Source: Minisyncoccota bacterium
GTDB lineage: Bacteria > Patescibacteriota > Minisyncoccia > Phycocordibacterales > UBA918
Reading direction: 5' to 3'
Assembly: GCA_021129515.1 (NCBI GenBank)
Contig: JAJOLD010000001.1
Coordinates: forward strand, 257,217-321,216
Length of the DNA stretch: 64,000 nucleotides
Shown here: piece by piece, positions 7,616-17,599 of the stretch
Numbering within the stretch: position 1 is the stretch's first letter
Layout: each line of letters begins with the position of its first letter
Notes under the pieces: model-generated
The model's input: only the letters and a program-made list of their open reading frames with translations
Told to the model about the DNA's origin: nothing
The model's database searches: none
Program-made: the position numbers and the translations under genes

Positions 7616-9913
7616 TCATTTAGCAACTGCAACTGCCTCATCAAGCTTAATCGAAAGCAGTGTACTTGCGCCGTCGCCGCTCATGGTGACACCGTAGAGT
7701 ACGCCTGCGCGGCTCATGGTCTCGCGGTTGTGGGTAATGAGAATGAGCTGTGAGCGTTCTGAGAGTGCAGTAATCATATCGCCATATCGGCGGCTATTAG
7801 CTTCGTCGAGTGCAGCATCGGTCTCATCGAGAATGACAAACAGTGGCGGATTCACCTGACTCATTGCAAAGATGAGTGCAATACTGGTGAGCGCACGCTC
7901 CCCTCCTGAAAGCATGTCGAGCCCCTGCACACGTTTGTTCGGCAGCTTTACATCAACCTCAATACCCTCTTCGAGTTCTTCCTCCTCCTCTTCTGGTTCC
8001 GGAACTTCCTCTATGTCTTCGAGGTCTGCATCTTTTTTCTTGCGGACCTTTAGCTTTACACGCTTGAGTGCCGCATTTCCACCACCAAACATGAGCGTAA
8101 AGAATTTTTGGAATTCAGAGTCAATTTTTTCAATACCCACAACAAACTGCTCATTGAGTTGCTTGGTGAGGTCGGCAATAAGCTCCTCAAGCTTTCCAAC
8201 TGACGCTTCAAGATCTGCAATCTCACGTACTAAAAACTCATCCCGTTCCTTTACGTCCTTGTATTCTTTCAGAATATCTTCACCAGTCCCCTGACCCAAC
8301 TCTTCAAGGCGAATTTTCATTTTCTCCAATGCACGACGGCGTTCCACCTGCACCCCACGGGTTTCGGTTACTATCTGTTCTCGGGTCAGCACCTTCCCCT
8401 GCGTGTCGATCACTTCATAGTCAAAGTAGCGCGAGAGTGCTTGTCCCATGAGTGACACAGCTTCTTGCAGTTCTCGTTTAAACTCCATACGGTCGCGCTC
8501 AAGCACTGAAAGTTCGCGGGTGATTTTTTCAAGTACCTGCTCAGTTTCCCGCTGTTCATTCATAATACGAAATACTTCACGCTCGGCTTCCCGACTTTCT
8601 GCGCCTTCAGATTCAATTGCTTGTTTGAGTGCCGTGTATGATTCCTGTAATGTTTGTTCGCCCGCTTCAATCTCTCCAAGGAGTGCGTCTGCCTTTTCTT
8701 TTTCACGCTCGAGTGATGCAAGTTCTTGTTCTTCTCCCTTGGTATCGATGGTGAGTCCCATGGTGCGGGCATTCTTCAGCAGCACCTTAAGCGGCGCGAG
8801 CACATCACCTAATGCACGCTGCAACACCGACACATCTTCGCTTGGTGACGCCTTTTCTACGGTCTTCTCAATACTCGTTGCGACTTTTTCAAACTCACTA
8901 AACGGAATTGCCGACTCAGTGACCTTCTCAGAACGCTTCTGTTGTTCTGCAATACGACGCTTGAGGTACGCAATTTGTCCTTCAAGCTGACCGATGGTAC
9001 GCGTGGTCTCCTGACGATGATTGCGATGGTCGGTAATTTTTTGCTCGAGCGCAACGAGTTCTTTGGACTTCTCGTCCTGCTTCTTGTCTTTTTCAAGTTT
9101 TTCTTTTGCATCATTGAGTGCCTTTGCAAGCTCCTCGAGGGTTGCTTCGGGTGCAATCTTTTCCTGCTGCAACCTATCATGATGATGTGCAATGTATGTA
9201 TCCTCACGTTTGAGATACTCGGCGTATACCGCTTTGAGTTCCTCTCGCAGTGCGAGCGATTTCTCAAGCTTTTTTACCTGCCGCTCAAGAAATTTCAGGT
9301 GCGGTGCCACCTCGCGACGGAGCGATTCCACCTTTGCGATATTTTCAAGTGTTTTTTTGAGCTTCTTCTCACTTTCAACTTTTTTGTATTGAAATACTTT
9401 GAGTCCCAAGGCATCTTCTACCATCTCGCGACGTTCCTTTGCTGATGCTGTGAGAATCCGGTCCGCTTCCCCTTGGGAAATAATGTGGTGCCCGGTCGAG
9501 CCAATATTTGCTGCTGCCAAGAGCTCTTGCACGTCTTTCAAGCGTGTTTTGCTCCCATTGATGGAGTATTCATTGACACCATCTCGAAGCACAACACGCT
9601 CAATGGCAATTTCATCAAATTCTACTGGGAACGGGCGCGTACCACCACGCTCTTCGTTATCAAGTGCAATACGCACTGATGCACGGTTTGAGCGTGAGAC
9701 ACTTTCTGAACCATTGAAAATGAGGTCCTCACCACGCTTCCCACGCATCGACTTTACCGACTGCTCACCGAGCACAAACCGAAACGCTTCAGCAACATTC
9801 GACTTCCCCGACCCATTGGGGCCAACAATTGCGGTAATGGGGGTCGAGAAATCGAGTTCGCCTTTCCGAGCGAATGACTTAAATCCATTGATGTGCAGAC
9901 TCTTTAAATGCAT
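7616..9913 (-). CDS. smc: SMC-family chromosome segregation ATPase, unusually short (765 aa) with no recognizable hinge
   Basis: Walker A GPNGSGKSN at the N-terminus. The C-terminus carries LSGGERALTSIALIFA and Walker B/D-loop FVILDETDAALD. The middle is coiled-coil-rich. The rnc-smc neighbourhood is conserved. The stop codon is TGA. Confidence 0.8.
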   Translation of the reverse strand: MHLKSLHINGFKSFARKGELDFSTPITAIVGPNGSGKSNVAEAFRFVLGEQSVKSMRGKRGEDLIFNGSESVSRSNRASVRIALDNEERGGTRPFPVEFDEIAIERVVLRDGVNEYSINGSKTRLKDVQELLAAANIGSTGHHIISQGEADRILTASAKERREMVEDALGLKVFQYKKVESEKKLKKTLENIAKVESLRREVAPHLKFLERQVKKLEKSLALREELKAVYAEYLKREDTYIAHHHDRLQQEKIAPEATLEELAKALNDAKEKLEKDKKQDEKSKELVALEQKITDHRNHRQETTRTIGQLEGQIAYLKRRIAEQQKRSEKVTESAIPFSEFEKVATSIEKTVEKASPSEDVSVLQRALGDVLAPLKVLLKNARTMGLTIDTKGEEQELASLEREKEKADALLGEIEAGEQTLQESYTALKQAIESEGAESREAEREVFRIMNEQRETEQVLEKITRELSVLERDRMEFKRELQEAVSLMGQALSRYFDYEVIDTQGKVLTREQIVTETRGVQVERRRALEKMKIRLEELGQGTGEDILKEYKDVKERDEFLVREIADLEASVGKLEELIADLTKQLNEQFVVGIEKIDSEFQKFFTLMFGGGNAALKRVKLKVRKKKDADLEDIEEVPEPEEEEEELEEGIEVDVKLPNKRVQGLDMLSGGERALTSIALIFAMSQVNPPLFVILDETDAALDEANSRRYGDMITALSERSQLILITHNRETMSRAGVLYGVTMSGDGASTLLSIKLDEAVAVAK

Positions 9914-9918
9914 TGTGT

Positions 9919-10428
9919 CTATCCCGATGATTTCCCAAGTATAACGATATATGCATTCGTATCCTCCGTACCACCTGCACCACCCCAGCTACTGCAGATT
10001 AATTCTGTATTATTACCCAGCGCATCATTTTCCATATGCGCAACTAAGATTGCTTGGGTGTCATGCCCGCCACATACTTGTGAACCATCATAATAGTAGA
10101 TGTAATCTGTAGTGGTAGTTATTGGGTCACGAGGCACTTCCGTGATAAATGAGGAAAGTAATGTGGTTATATCGTTGTTGTTTTCACCAACATAACCACT
10201 ATATCCGTCACTCTCTCGTGGATAATGTCCATGAATATCAAAATATACTTCCAATGCGAGTTGGATTTGTGCCAAATCAGCAATGCGTTTCTTATCGCGA
10301 GCGTTTTGTCGTGCATCACCAAAGGATGGCAGCACAATCGCCAACAATACAATAACAATTGCCAACACCACAAGCATTTCTACGAGCGTAAAGCCCTGTG
10401 CACGCGTGTTATATCTCATACGGTACAT
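9919..10428 (-). CDS. type IV pilin / pseudopilin (prepilin-type N-terminal cleavage/methylation domain)
   Basis: The N-terminus ...AQGFTLVEMLVVLAIVIVLLAIVLPSF is the class III signal peptide (G|FTLVE) plus the hydrophobic alpha-1 helix. Confidence 0.85.
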   Translation of the reverse strand: MYRMRYNTRAQGFTLVEMLVVLAIVIVLLAIVLPSFGDARQNARDKKRIADLAQIQLALEVYFDIHGHYPRESDGYSGYVGENNNDITTLLSSFITEVPRDPITTTTDYIYYYDGSQVCGGHDTQAILVAHMENDALGNNTELICSSWGGAGGTEDTNAYIVILGKSSG

Positions 10429-10448
10429 GATACCAAGCCTGCTACCGC

Positions 10449-10467
10449 AGAACCAGTCTCAAAACCC
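10449..10467 (-). promoter_or_regulatory. conserved upstream motif GGGTTTTGAGACTGGTTCT (minus-strand sense), ~20 nt before the pilin start codon
   Basis: Near-identical 19-mers occur upstream of the sortase gene (24158-24177), the CARDB-protein gene (24251-24271) and the kinase gene (41709-41727, variant). Confidence 0.6.
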
Positions 10468-10475
10468 ACACGCTC

Positions 10476-11186
10476 TTACCATCCTTTTTTCTCAATCGCT
10501 GCGGCTGCAGCATTTTGCTCTGCTTCTTGTTTTGCGCGCCCTTGCCCTTCTGCAATTTGTTCCTCTCCAAGAAAGACACCAACGGTAAAAACTCGGTCAT
10601 GGTCAGGACCTTCTTGATTTAATACTGCGTAGCTCGGGGTAATATTGACATGCTCCTGTGCAACTTCCTGGAAGCGACTTTTTGCGTCTTGCCACAGACG
10701 TTTTTCAACGATGTTTTCAGTTTGTGCAAACAGGTACTCAGCAATAAATGCTTTTGCAGCTGCATACCCTTGATCGAGATACAACGCACCAACAAGTGCC
10801 TCAAACGCATTTGCAAGAATATACTGTCGGGCACGCCCAGTATCTTTTGCCTCGCCTTTAGAAAGGAGCAAATACTCATTAACACCCATTTTTCCTGATG
10901 CTTCAGCAAGTGACACCGTATTCACCAGTGCAGCACGAATTGCAGTCAGCTCGCCTTCAGGCTTATCTGCATATTTTTCAAAAAGAAAATCAGTGACCAC
11001 AAGCTCGAGGACGGCGTCCCCTAAAAACTCATAGCGTTCGTTATGATCCTGAGTTGCTTCTCGATGTTCGTTTAAATATGAGCGATGCGTCAATGCTACC
11101 AAGAGGTGTTTTTTTTCGGTAAAGGTCACACTAATAACATCCTCAAAACGAGCAAGATGCGCATCAATATCTACAGTTTCAGTCAT
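10476..11186 (-). CDS. rnc: ribonuclease III
   Basis: Shows the RNase III signature ERYEFLGDAVLELVVTDFLF and a C-terminal dsRBD. Confidence 0.95.
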   Translation of the reverse strand: MTETVDIDAHLARFEDVISVTFTEKKHLLVALTHRSYLNEHREATQDHNERYEFLGDAVLELVVTDFLFEKYADKPEGELTAIRAALVNTVSLAEASGKMGVNEYLLLSKGEAKDTGRARQYILANAFEALVGALYLDQGYAAAKAFIAEYLFAQTENIVEKRLWQDAKSRFQEVAQEHVNITPSYAVLNQEGPDHDRVFTVGVFLGEEQIAEGQGRAKQEAEQNAAAAAIEKKGW

Positions 11187-11337
11187 AATTGTAATCTATA
11201 TCAATAATTACAGCACCCTATCACGAATGTATGTGTGATACTAGGGGATGGGTTAGTATGTAGTCCTCAGTACATAGTACTCTCACAATTTCGTCTACGA
11301 CGAAACAGCTACGTACTAGGTAACTCACCACTAACCA

Positions 11338-12264
11338 CTATTTCGATCCTCTTCCTACCAACATCGTCACTGCCTTCGTCACAATTGGGAGGATATCCTC
11401 GTAAAAGTTGAGTTCGAGAATATCAGCAACTTTAAACCATTGTGCATCATCAAGCCCTCCCTTCTTCTCAAGCTCCAAATCTTTAAATGCAGCTCGCGCA
11501 AGGACATAGTGTACTTGTTTTCGAACTTTACCTTTTTCGGGTTGTGAGGCAACGTATTCATTCATACCCAGCTCATCCTCAACTTCAATATCGAGTCCAA
11601 TTTCTTCTTTGATTTTTCGTTTTGCGCCCTCGTGGAGGTCTTCATTTTCATCAATACCACCTTTTGAGAGGGTCCAATGTCCAAATATATCGTGCACCAA
11701 AGCAAGATACATTTCACCATCTTCTTCCGCATAGATAACACCACCAGCAAGACGCTCAATAGGCATATCCTCAAACTTCACCACTTTCTTTTTATGCTTT
11801 GAACTTTCCTCCTTGCCTGGCTCACCAATTTCCTTGTATACCGCCCCCAATACGCCGTTTACAAAACGGCTGGAGTTATCGCCCCCAAACTGCTTTGCAA
11901 GCTCAATTGCCTCGTTGATGGCAACTTTTGCAGGCACTTCTGAACGGTCAGCAAACAGCAACTCATAGAGCCCTAAGCGTAAAATGTTTCTATCAACTGG
12001 AGAAATTCGATCAATAGGCCACTCAGGTGCAGCCTTTTCAATCACTAAATCAAGCTCACTTTGTTTTCCAAGTACCCCATCGAGCAATTTCTCCATAAAG
12101 GGCATATCTGTTTTGTTGGGCGCAAATTCCTCAACATTTCGTTTTAAAACTTCGACGACTTCATTCTTCTCTACACCATTTAAATCCCACTCGAAGAGTG
12201 ATTGAAGAACAATTGAACGCGATAGGTGCCTGTTTGCCATATTCGTATGAAAAATAATGAACAC
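11338..12264 (-). CDS. nusB: NusB (transcription antitermination factor) fused to a C-terminal NUDIX hydrolase domain
   Basis: The N-terminal ~150 aa is NusB-like (RHLSRSIVLQSLFEWDL ... FVNGVLGAVYKEI). The C-terminal ~140 aa carries a Nudix box (GHWTLSKGGIDENEDLHEGAKRKIKEEIGL). Confidence 0.85.
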   Translation of the reverse strand: MFIIFHTNMANRHLSRSIVLQSLFEWDLNGVEKNEVVEVLKRNVEEFAPNKTDMPFMEKLLDGVLGKQSELDLVIEKAAPEWPIDRISPVDRNILRLGLYELLFADRSEVPAKVAINEAIELAKQFGGDNSSRFVNGVLGAVYKEIGEPGKEESSKHKKKVVKFEDMPIERLAGGVIYAEEDGEMYLALVHDIFGHWTLSKGGIDENEDLHEGAKRKIKEEIGLDIEVEDELGMNEYVASQPEKGKVRKQVHYVLARAAFKDLELEKKGGLDDAQWFKVADILELNFYEDILPIVTKAVTMLVGRGSK

Positions 12265-12329
12265 TACTGTATTAATGAACTACCTACTATAGTAGCAGAT
12301 TCACAGCATGCCGTGTATCACCTAATCCC

Positions 12330-12357
12330 CAAACGTCCCGCAAAAGCGGGACGTTTG
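12330..12357. other. hairpin (CAAACGTCCCGC-AAAA-GCGGGACGTTTG) downstream of rpmF; possible terminator lacking a clear U-tract
   Basis: Perfect 12-bp stem. Confidence 0.45.
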
Positions 12358-12380
12358 AAAATGAGTGTCGGTGTATACCA

Positions 12381-12707
12381 TTATGCCTCTTTCTTCTCAT
12401 CAGCAGTTGCTACTGCCTCGGTTGTAGTTTCTGTGCCTTGTGTCGCTGCATCTGCTTCAGCTTGCTCAGTACCAGCCTCAGCACTGATTCGCTCTCGCTT
12501 TGCCTGCATGCGTGCTTCACGCTTTGCCTTCTGTGCCTCAATATCAAGTACCTGACGTCCTTTATAGAAGCCACATTCAAGACACATGTGGTGCGGGCGA
12601 GTAAGCGCATCACAATCCTGACACTTTGAAAGTGCCGGCTGCTTCAGTGCATGATGTGAGCGGCGGTTCTTTGTGTGAGACCGCGTATGTCGCATTCGAA
12701 TTACCAT
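12381..12707 (-). CDS. rpmF: 50S ribosomal protein L32 with a C-terminal extension
   Basis: RHTRSHTKNRRSHHALKQPALSKCQDCDALTRPHHMCLECGFYKGRQV matches the L32 consensus, including the C-x2-C...C-x2-C zinc ribbon. Confidence 0.9.
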   Translation of the reverse strand: MVIRMRHTRSHTKNRRSHHALKQPALSKCQDCDALTRPHHMCLECGFYKGRQVLDIEAQKAKREARMQAKRERISAEAGTEQAEADAATQGTETTTEAVATADEKKEA

Positions 12708-12801
12708 AGTGGCAGAACTATATCAGATTTGCATAAAAAAGCAATGGTTTTGTATCTAAAAACCTGAGCACGAAACGTGCCCAGGTGGTTGTGCATCCAT
12801 C

Positions 12802-13425
12802 CTAAGATACTCTTCTATATATTGCTGCATCTACAGCTGAGAGGCACTGCCGTATGTCAAAGTAGTACCAGCCCGCACAGTATAAGCCAAATACATTGAC
12901 CGTATGACCATTTGCCGTTTCAAACTTACCAGACTGTTCAGGAAACACCACTGATTTTTTTTGGGGGTCAGCGGTCATACTCTGAACTACAGCCTCCAAC
13001 CCCGCATTCGCGTCTGACTGTGTATCAGCCATATGCCGTGTGTACACTGCTTGGAGTGTTCCTCCAAGCAATATATTCCGTTCTTGACAAACTTCAGCAA
13101 ACGCCTCAGACAATTGGCAGGTAGGCATGGGTGCTTCAAGTGATGCATATATTACACCACTCGATTCTTGAGTCTCAGTGTATACACGACGCAGGTGTAC
13201 ATAACAGCACCACCACTGATCCAACGGTACAGGCACCTTAAGCGACACCGGTCCCCCCGCGCACATAAGCTTATCCCGAGCAGCTTCTACCATCGTGTTC
13301 ACCACAGGAGTACCACATTTTGGATGCGCGATAATATCCCATGTTATGCATCCTTGAGCATGCTCCTGCACAACGCGCATATTTAAGGACTCTAGAAATT
13401 GTACAACTGGTGTATCGGTCTGCAT
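12802..13425 (-). CDS. hypothetical Cys/His-rich protein; a YceD/DUF177-like role is suggested by position upstream of rpmF only
   Basis: 207-aa ORF directly upstream of rpmF on the same strand. No motif-level confirmation. Confidence 0.45.
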   Translation of the reverse strand: MQTDTPVVQFLESLNMRVVQEHAQGCITWDIIAHPKCGTPVVNTMVEAARDKLMCAGGPVSLKVPVPLDQWWCCYVHLRRVYTETQESSGVIYASLEAPMPTCQLSEAFAEVCQERNILLGGTLQAVYTRHMADTQSDANAGLEAVVQSMTADPQKKSVVFPEQSGKFETANGHTVNVFGLYCAGWYYFDIRQCLSAVDAAIYRRVS

Positions 13426-13444
13426 GGGTCTAAAACCCTCCTAG

Positions 13445-14101
13445 TTACGATATTGAGACAAATTCTGCAGGCACGGTACCATATGTATATTTGGTAGTAA
13501 AGCACTTTCGATGGAGTACGCAGCGACCATATTGTTGTAACGCTGCTTGATGTCTTTTGGTGCCATACCCTTTATGTATCTCAAATCCATACTGCGGATA
13601 CTGCGTTGCCACTCGTACCATATAGCGGTCACGGGTTACCTTTGCCATAATCGACGCAAGCCCTATCACTCGTTCCTTGCTATCGCCTTTGATAATGGTT
13701 TTTTGATGTATATATTCCTTAGGAGCGTAGAGCGAGCCATCAAGCTTTACCTGCACCGCCTGAGGAGACACTCCCAATCGCTGCAGTGCACGCTGCAGTG
13801 CGAGTCGCACCGCAGGCACAATACCAATGTCGTCTATCACCTTCGCTGAAACCATCGACACTGCATACTCTAGTTTCCCCTCTTTTTTAAGCCCTCGAGC
13901 ACACTCAAAAATTGCTTCTCGTTTCTTTCCCGTGAGTTTTTTTGAGTCAGTCACCCCCGGCAGTTGTCTCCAATTGAAGCCCTTGGGCACACAGGCAACA
14001 CCGACGGCAACTGGACCAGCGAGGGGACCGCGACCGGCCTCGTCAATACCGATTATATGGGTAATTTTTTTCACGTTTATCATCATACAACATGTCATCA
14101 T
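13445..14101 (-). CDS. rnhB: ribonuclease HII
   Basis: IIGIDEAGRGPLAGPVAVGVACV is the RNase HII active-site region. The true start is probably an internal Met. Confidence 0.95.
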   Translation of the reverse strand: MMTCCMMINVKKITHIIGIDEAGRGPLAGPVAVGVACVPKGFNWRQLPGVTDSKKLTGKKREAIFECARGLKKEGKLEYAVSMVSAKVIDDIGIVPAVRLALQRALQRLGVSPQAVQVKLDGSLYAPKEYIHQKTIIKGDSKERVIGLASIMAKVTRDRYMVRVATQYPQYGFEIHKGYGTKRHQAALQQYGRCVLHRKCFTTKYTYGTVPAEFVSIS

Positions 14102-14160
14102 GTTACCTCTGTGGTCTAATGGTTATGTAGAAATAATCGTCGTGTATAATATCTCCACCT

Positions 14161-17100
14161 ATGGCAGATACGAAACTCAATGCAGACTTCATTCACCTCC
14201 ACACCCACGGACACTACTCTCTTTTAAACGCGCTTCCAACCTCCTCTGAGCTTGTCGATGCTGCGAATGCAGATACTATGCCCGCACTCGCACTGACCGA
14301 TGCTGGGGCTCTCTATGGTGCCGTTGATTTCTACAAAGCATGCACCAAGGGCGGTATCAAAGCTATTATTGGTGTTGATGCATACCTTGCACCACGTACT
14401 CGACACGATAAGGATGGACGCCTCGACAAACCACGTGGACGCGTCGTATTCCTCGCCAAAAATAATGACGGATATGTAAACCTCATCAAGATGGTCACGG
14501 AGTCATGGGTGAACGGCTTCTACTACAAACCTCGTATTGACCATGAGCTCATCGAGCAATACCACCAGGACCTCATTTGTATTATTCCTTCCTTCAGCGG
14601 CGAAAGCACCCTTGCGCTCAAAGACGGCGACACCGAAAAAGCAGGCGAAGTACTCGATTGGTACAAGAGTATCTTTAAAGACGACTGCCACCTTGAAGTG
14701 ACGCACCACCCAGAAATTGGAGACCATGAGGAACTCCAGGAAAAAATTATTGCACTCGGAAAAGCGTCAAACACACCACTGGTTGCCGCACACGACGTGT
14801 ACTACCTCAAACCCGAAGATGCACTCGCTCGAGACGTCGTCATGAAAATCCAAAACGGCGGTGTGGTTGATACCCTCGGCGGCGCAGGCGAAGAGGACTT
14901 CTCATTCATTACGCAAGCAAAAGCAAAAGAACTCTTTGCAAACACGCCTGAAGCACTCGCAAATACCGTCAAAATCGCCGAGCAGTGTAATGTCACCATG
15001 ACGCCGGGAGAAGTATGGCACTTCCCCAACTACATCATTGAGAGCGGTCGTGAACCAGACGATGAGCTGCGTATCACCTCGTACGAAGGCATGGCGTGGC
15101 GTGGACTTGATCCAGAAGACCCAGAGGTGAAAGCACGACTCGACTATGAGCTTGATGTCATTAAGACCAAGGGATACGCAAAATATTTCCTCGTGGTGGG
15201 AGACCTCATTCGTGAAGCGCGTGAGCGCGGTATTTTGACGACTATTCGAGGTTCGGTCGCGGGATCACTCACCACCTACGTACTTGGTATTACCAATGTA
15301 GACCCGCTCGACTACAAACTTCCCTTTGAGCGCTTTCTCAACCCAGAACGACCATCAGCTCCTGATATCGATATGGACTTCGCCGATAATCGCCGCGACG
15401 AGATTATTGCGTATGCACGAGAGAAGTATGGCGACGATAAAGTAGCACAGATTGGTACCTTTGGAACCATGATGGCACGCGCTGCGGTGCGTGATACTGC
15501 GCGCGCCTTAGGGCACCCGTATGCAACCGGAGACCGCATTGCAAAACTCATTCCTATGGGGAGCCAAGGATTTGCAATGACCATCGACCGCGCACTCGAT
15601 ATGGAGCCAGAACTTGCAGAACTCTATAAAAAAGATGCAGAAACGCGTGAAGTTATTGATCTTGCAAAGCAAATAGAGGGACGTGCGCGTCACCTTGGGG
15701 TACACGCAGCCGGTGTGGTGATTGCACCCGAACCCCTCGGCGAGTTTACTCCCGTACAGATTGATACCAAATCAGGCAAGATCATTACCCAATACGAAAT
15801 GCATAGTGTAGGTGAAGATGGTGTGGGACTTTTGAAATTCGACTTCCTCGGCATCAAAAACCTTGCCATCCTTGCAGACGCCGTGAAGCGGGTAAAGAAA
15901 ATCCGTGACATTGATATCGATATTGAAAACATTCCACTTGATGACCAAAAGACCTTCGACATGCTCGCACGCGGTGAAACCATGGGGCTCTTCCAGCTCA
16001 ATGGGTCCGGCATGACTGCCTTCCTGAAACAACTCCGCCCAACCACCATTCACGACATCAACGCGATGGTTGCACTCTATCGCCCAGGACCGATGGAATC
16101 TATTCCACAGTATATTGAGCGTAAACATAATCCCACACTCGTGACCTACCTCGACCCGCGACTTGAGGAGGTTCTCGACCGTTCCTATGGGGTGATTACC
16201 TACCAAGACGATGTTATGATGATTTCTATCAAGCTCGCAGGCTACTCATGGCTCGATGCCGACAAACTCCGTAAAGCGATGGGTAAGAAGGTGCCTGAGA
16301 TTATGGAAGCGGAAAAGGAGAAGCTCATGGTTGGTTTTGCTGACCATGGCAAAATCTCCCCGACCATCGCTAACAAGCTCTGGGCGCTCATTGAGCCATT
16401 TGCTGCATACGGGTTCAACAAGGCGCATGCGGCGAGTTATGGGCGTGTTGCGTACCAAACCTCATATATGAAGGCAAACTTCCCTGAGGAGTATATGTCT
16501 GCCGTCCTCACTGCTGACTCTGGTGACACGGAAAAAATTTCTGAAATCATCCATGAGTGTGAACGTATGGGTATCGAGGTACTGCCACCAGACATTAACG
16601 AAAGTTTCGGACCGTTCTCTGTCGTACCCGCTAGTAAAACAGTAATTCAAGCCAGCGCTACAGAACCTGATGTAGGTAATCCTGGCACTGATTCACAGGT
16701 TGAGGCTACTAGTTCGACTACTGATTCTCCTGAAAAATCCCAGATGCGAGGCTCTGACGAGAATCGTAGTGAGCCATATCAAGTATATGGTGAAGGAGAC
16801 TCGGAGTCAGGAACGAAGCAGGTGGGAGAATTTCAGGAGAATCAGGCAAGGATTCGATTTGGTTTGACTACCATTAAAAATTTTGGAGAAGGTATCACCG
16901 AAGCCATCATCGACGAACGCAAAGCGAACGGACCATTTACCTCCCTCACCGACTTCCTCACTCGCGTTATCGATAAAAATCTCAACAAAAAATCCCTCGA
17001 GGCACTCATTATGGCAGGTGCACTCGATAGTATTGGTGATGAGCGTGGCAAAATGCTCCACAACCTCGACACCATGCTTGCCTTTAATAAAGAAAAAAGC

Positions 17101-17589
17101 ACCGCAGCCGAATCGTCGCAAGATTCGCTCTTTGGCATGATGAATGACGCAACCTTGCACGAAGTGACCCTTGAAGACGCAGCACCCGCAAGCAAACGCG
17201 ATATGCTCATTTGGGAAAAAGAGCTACTTGGTGTGTACGTATCAGGGCACCCGCTCGACGAGTATCCCGACGAACTCAAAAAGCGTCCCAGCATTGCACA
17301 AACCTTAGAGAGCTACAAAGGCGCCTCGGTCGTGACCGCCGGCATGATTGAGTCGGTACGCGAGCTGCTTACCAAGAAAGGTGACCATATGGCATTTGTT
17401 GTACTCGGTGACCAAACACACACCATTGAAATGGTCACTTTCCCTGAGACCTACAAAACCCACAAGGAACTCCTCGAACCAGGCACCTGTGTTGCCGTCA
17501 AAGGCAAATTCACCGTCCGTAATGATGAGCCCGGTATTATGGTAGATAAAATCAAAAAGCTTGTGCCGAGTTCTATTGAAACTAAGTAG
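14161..17589 (+). CDS. dnaE: DNA polymerase III alpha subunit
   Basis: Begins with the PHP domain (FIHLHTHGHYSLLNA), then the polymerase core, and ends with an OB-fold C-terminus. A low-complexity insertion lies at ~16620-16870. Confidence 0.97.
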   Translation: MADTKLNADFIHLHTHGHYSLLNALPTSSELVDAANADTMPALALTDAGALYGAVDFYKACTKGGIKAIIGVDAYLAPRTRHDKDGRLDKPRGRVVFLAKNNDGYVNLIKMVTESWVNGFYYKPRIDHELIEQYHQDLICIIPSFSGESTLALKDGDTEKAGEVLDWYKSIFKDDCHLEVTHHPEIGDHEELQEKIIALGKASNTPLVAAHDVYYLKPEDALARDVVMKIQNGGVVDTLGGAGEEDFSFITQAKAKELFANTPEALANTVKIAEQCNVTMTPGEVWHFPNYIIESGREPDDELRITSYEGMAWRGLDPEDPEVKARLDYELDVIKTKGYAKYFLVVGDLIREARERGILTTIRGSVAGSLTTYVLGITNVDPLDYKLPFERFLNPERPSAPDIDMDFADNRRDEIIAYAREKYGDDKVAQIGTFGTMMARAAVRDTARALGHPYATGDRIAKLIPMGSQGFAMTIDRALDMEPELAELYKKDAETREVIDLAKQIEGRARHLGVHAAGVVIAPEPLGEFTPVQIDTKSGKIITQYEMHSVGEDGVGLLKFDFLGIKNLAILADAVKRVKKIRDIDIDIENIPLDDQKTFDMLARGETMGLFQLNGSGMTAFLKQLRPTTIHDINAMVALYRPGPMESIPQYIERKHNPTLVTYLDPRLEEVLDRSYGVITYQDDVMMISIKLAGYSWLDADKLRKAMGKKVPEIMEAEKEKLMVGFADHGKISPTIANKLWALIEPFAAYGFNKAHAASYGRVAYQTSYMKANFPEEYMSAVLTADSGDTEKISEIIHECERMGIEVLPPDINESFGPFSVVPASKTVIQASATEPDVGNPGTDSQVEATSSTTDSPEKSQMRGSDENRSEPYQVYGEGDSESGTKQVGEFQENQARIRFGLTTIKNFGEGITEAIIDERKANGPFTSLTDFLTRVIDKNLNKKSLEALIMAGALDSIGDERGKMLHNLDTMLAFNKEKSTAAESSQDSLFGMMNDATLHEVTLEDAAPASKRDMLIWEKELLGVYVSGHPLDEYPDELKKRPSIAQTLESYKGASVVTAGMIESVRELLTKKGDHMAFVVLGDQTHTIEMVTFPETYKTHKELLEPGTCVAVKGKFTVRNDEPGIMVDKIKKLVPSSIETK

Positions 17590-17599
17590 AATTGACAAC

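Noticed and set aside
7872-9445. Multiple Ser-rich plus-strand ORFs antisense to smc, and similar antisense ORFs inside dnaE, thrS, secA, gyrB and the surface-protein gene
   Set aside because: These are low-complexity translations of the opposite strand of confidently assigned genes, which is typical antisense noise.
12330-12357. Intrinsic terminator after rpmF
   Set aside because: A perfect 12-bp hairpin is present, but neither strand has a U-tract after it. It was kept only as a hairpin or possible terminator.
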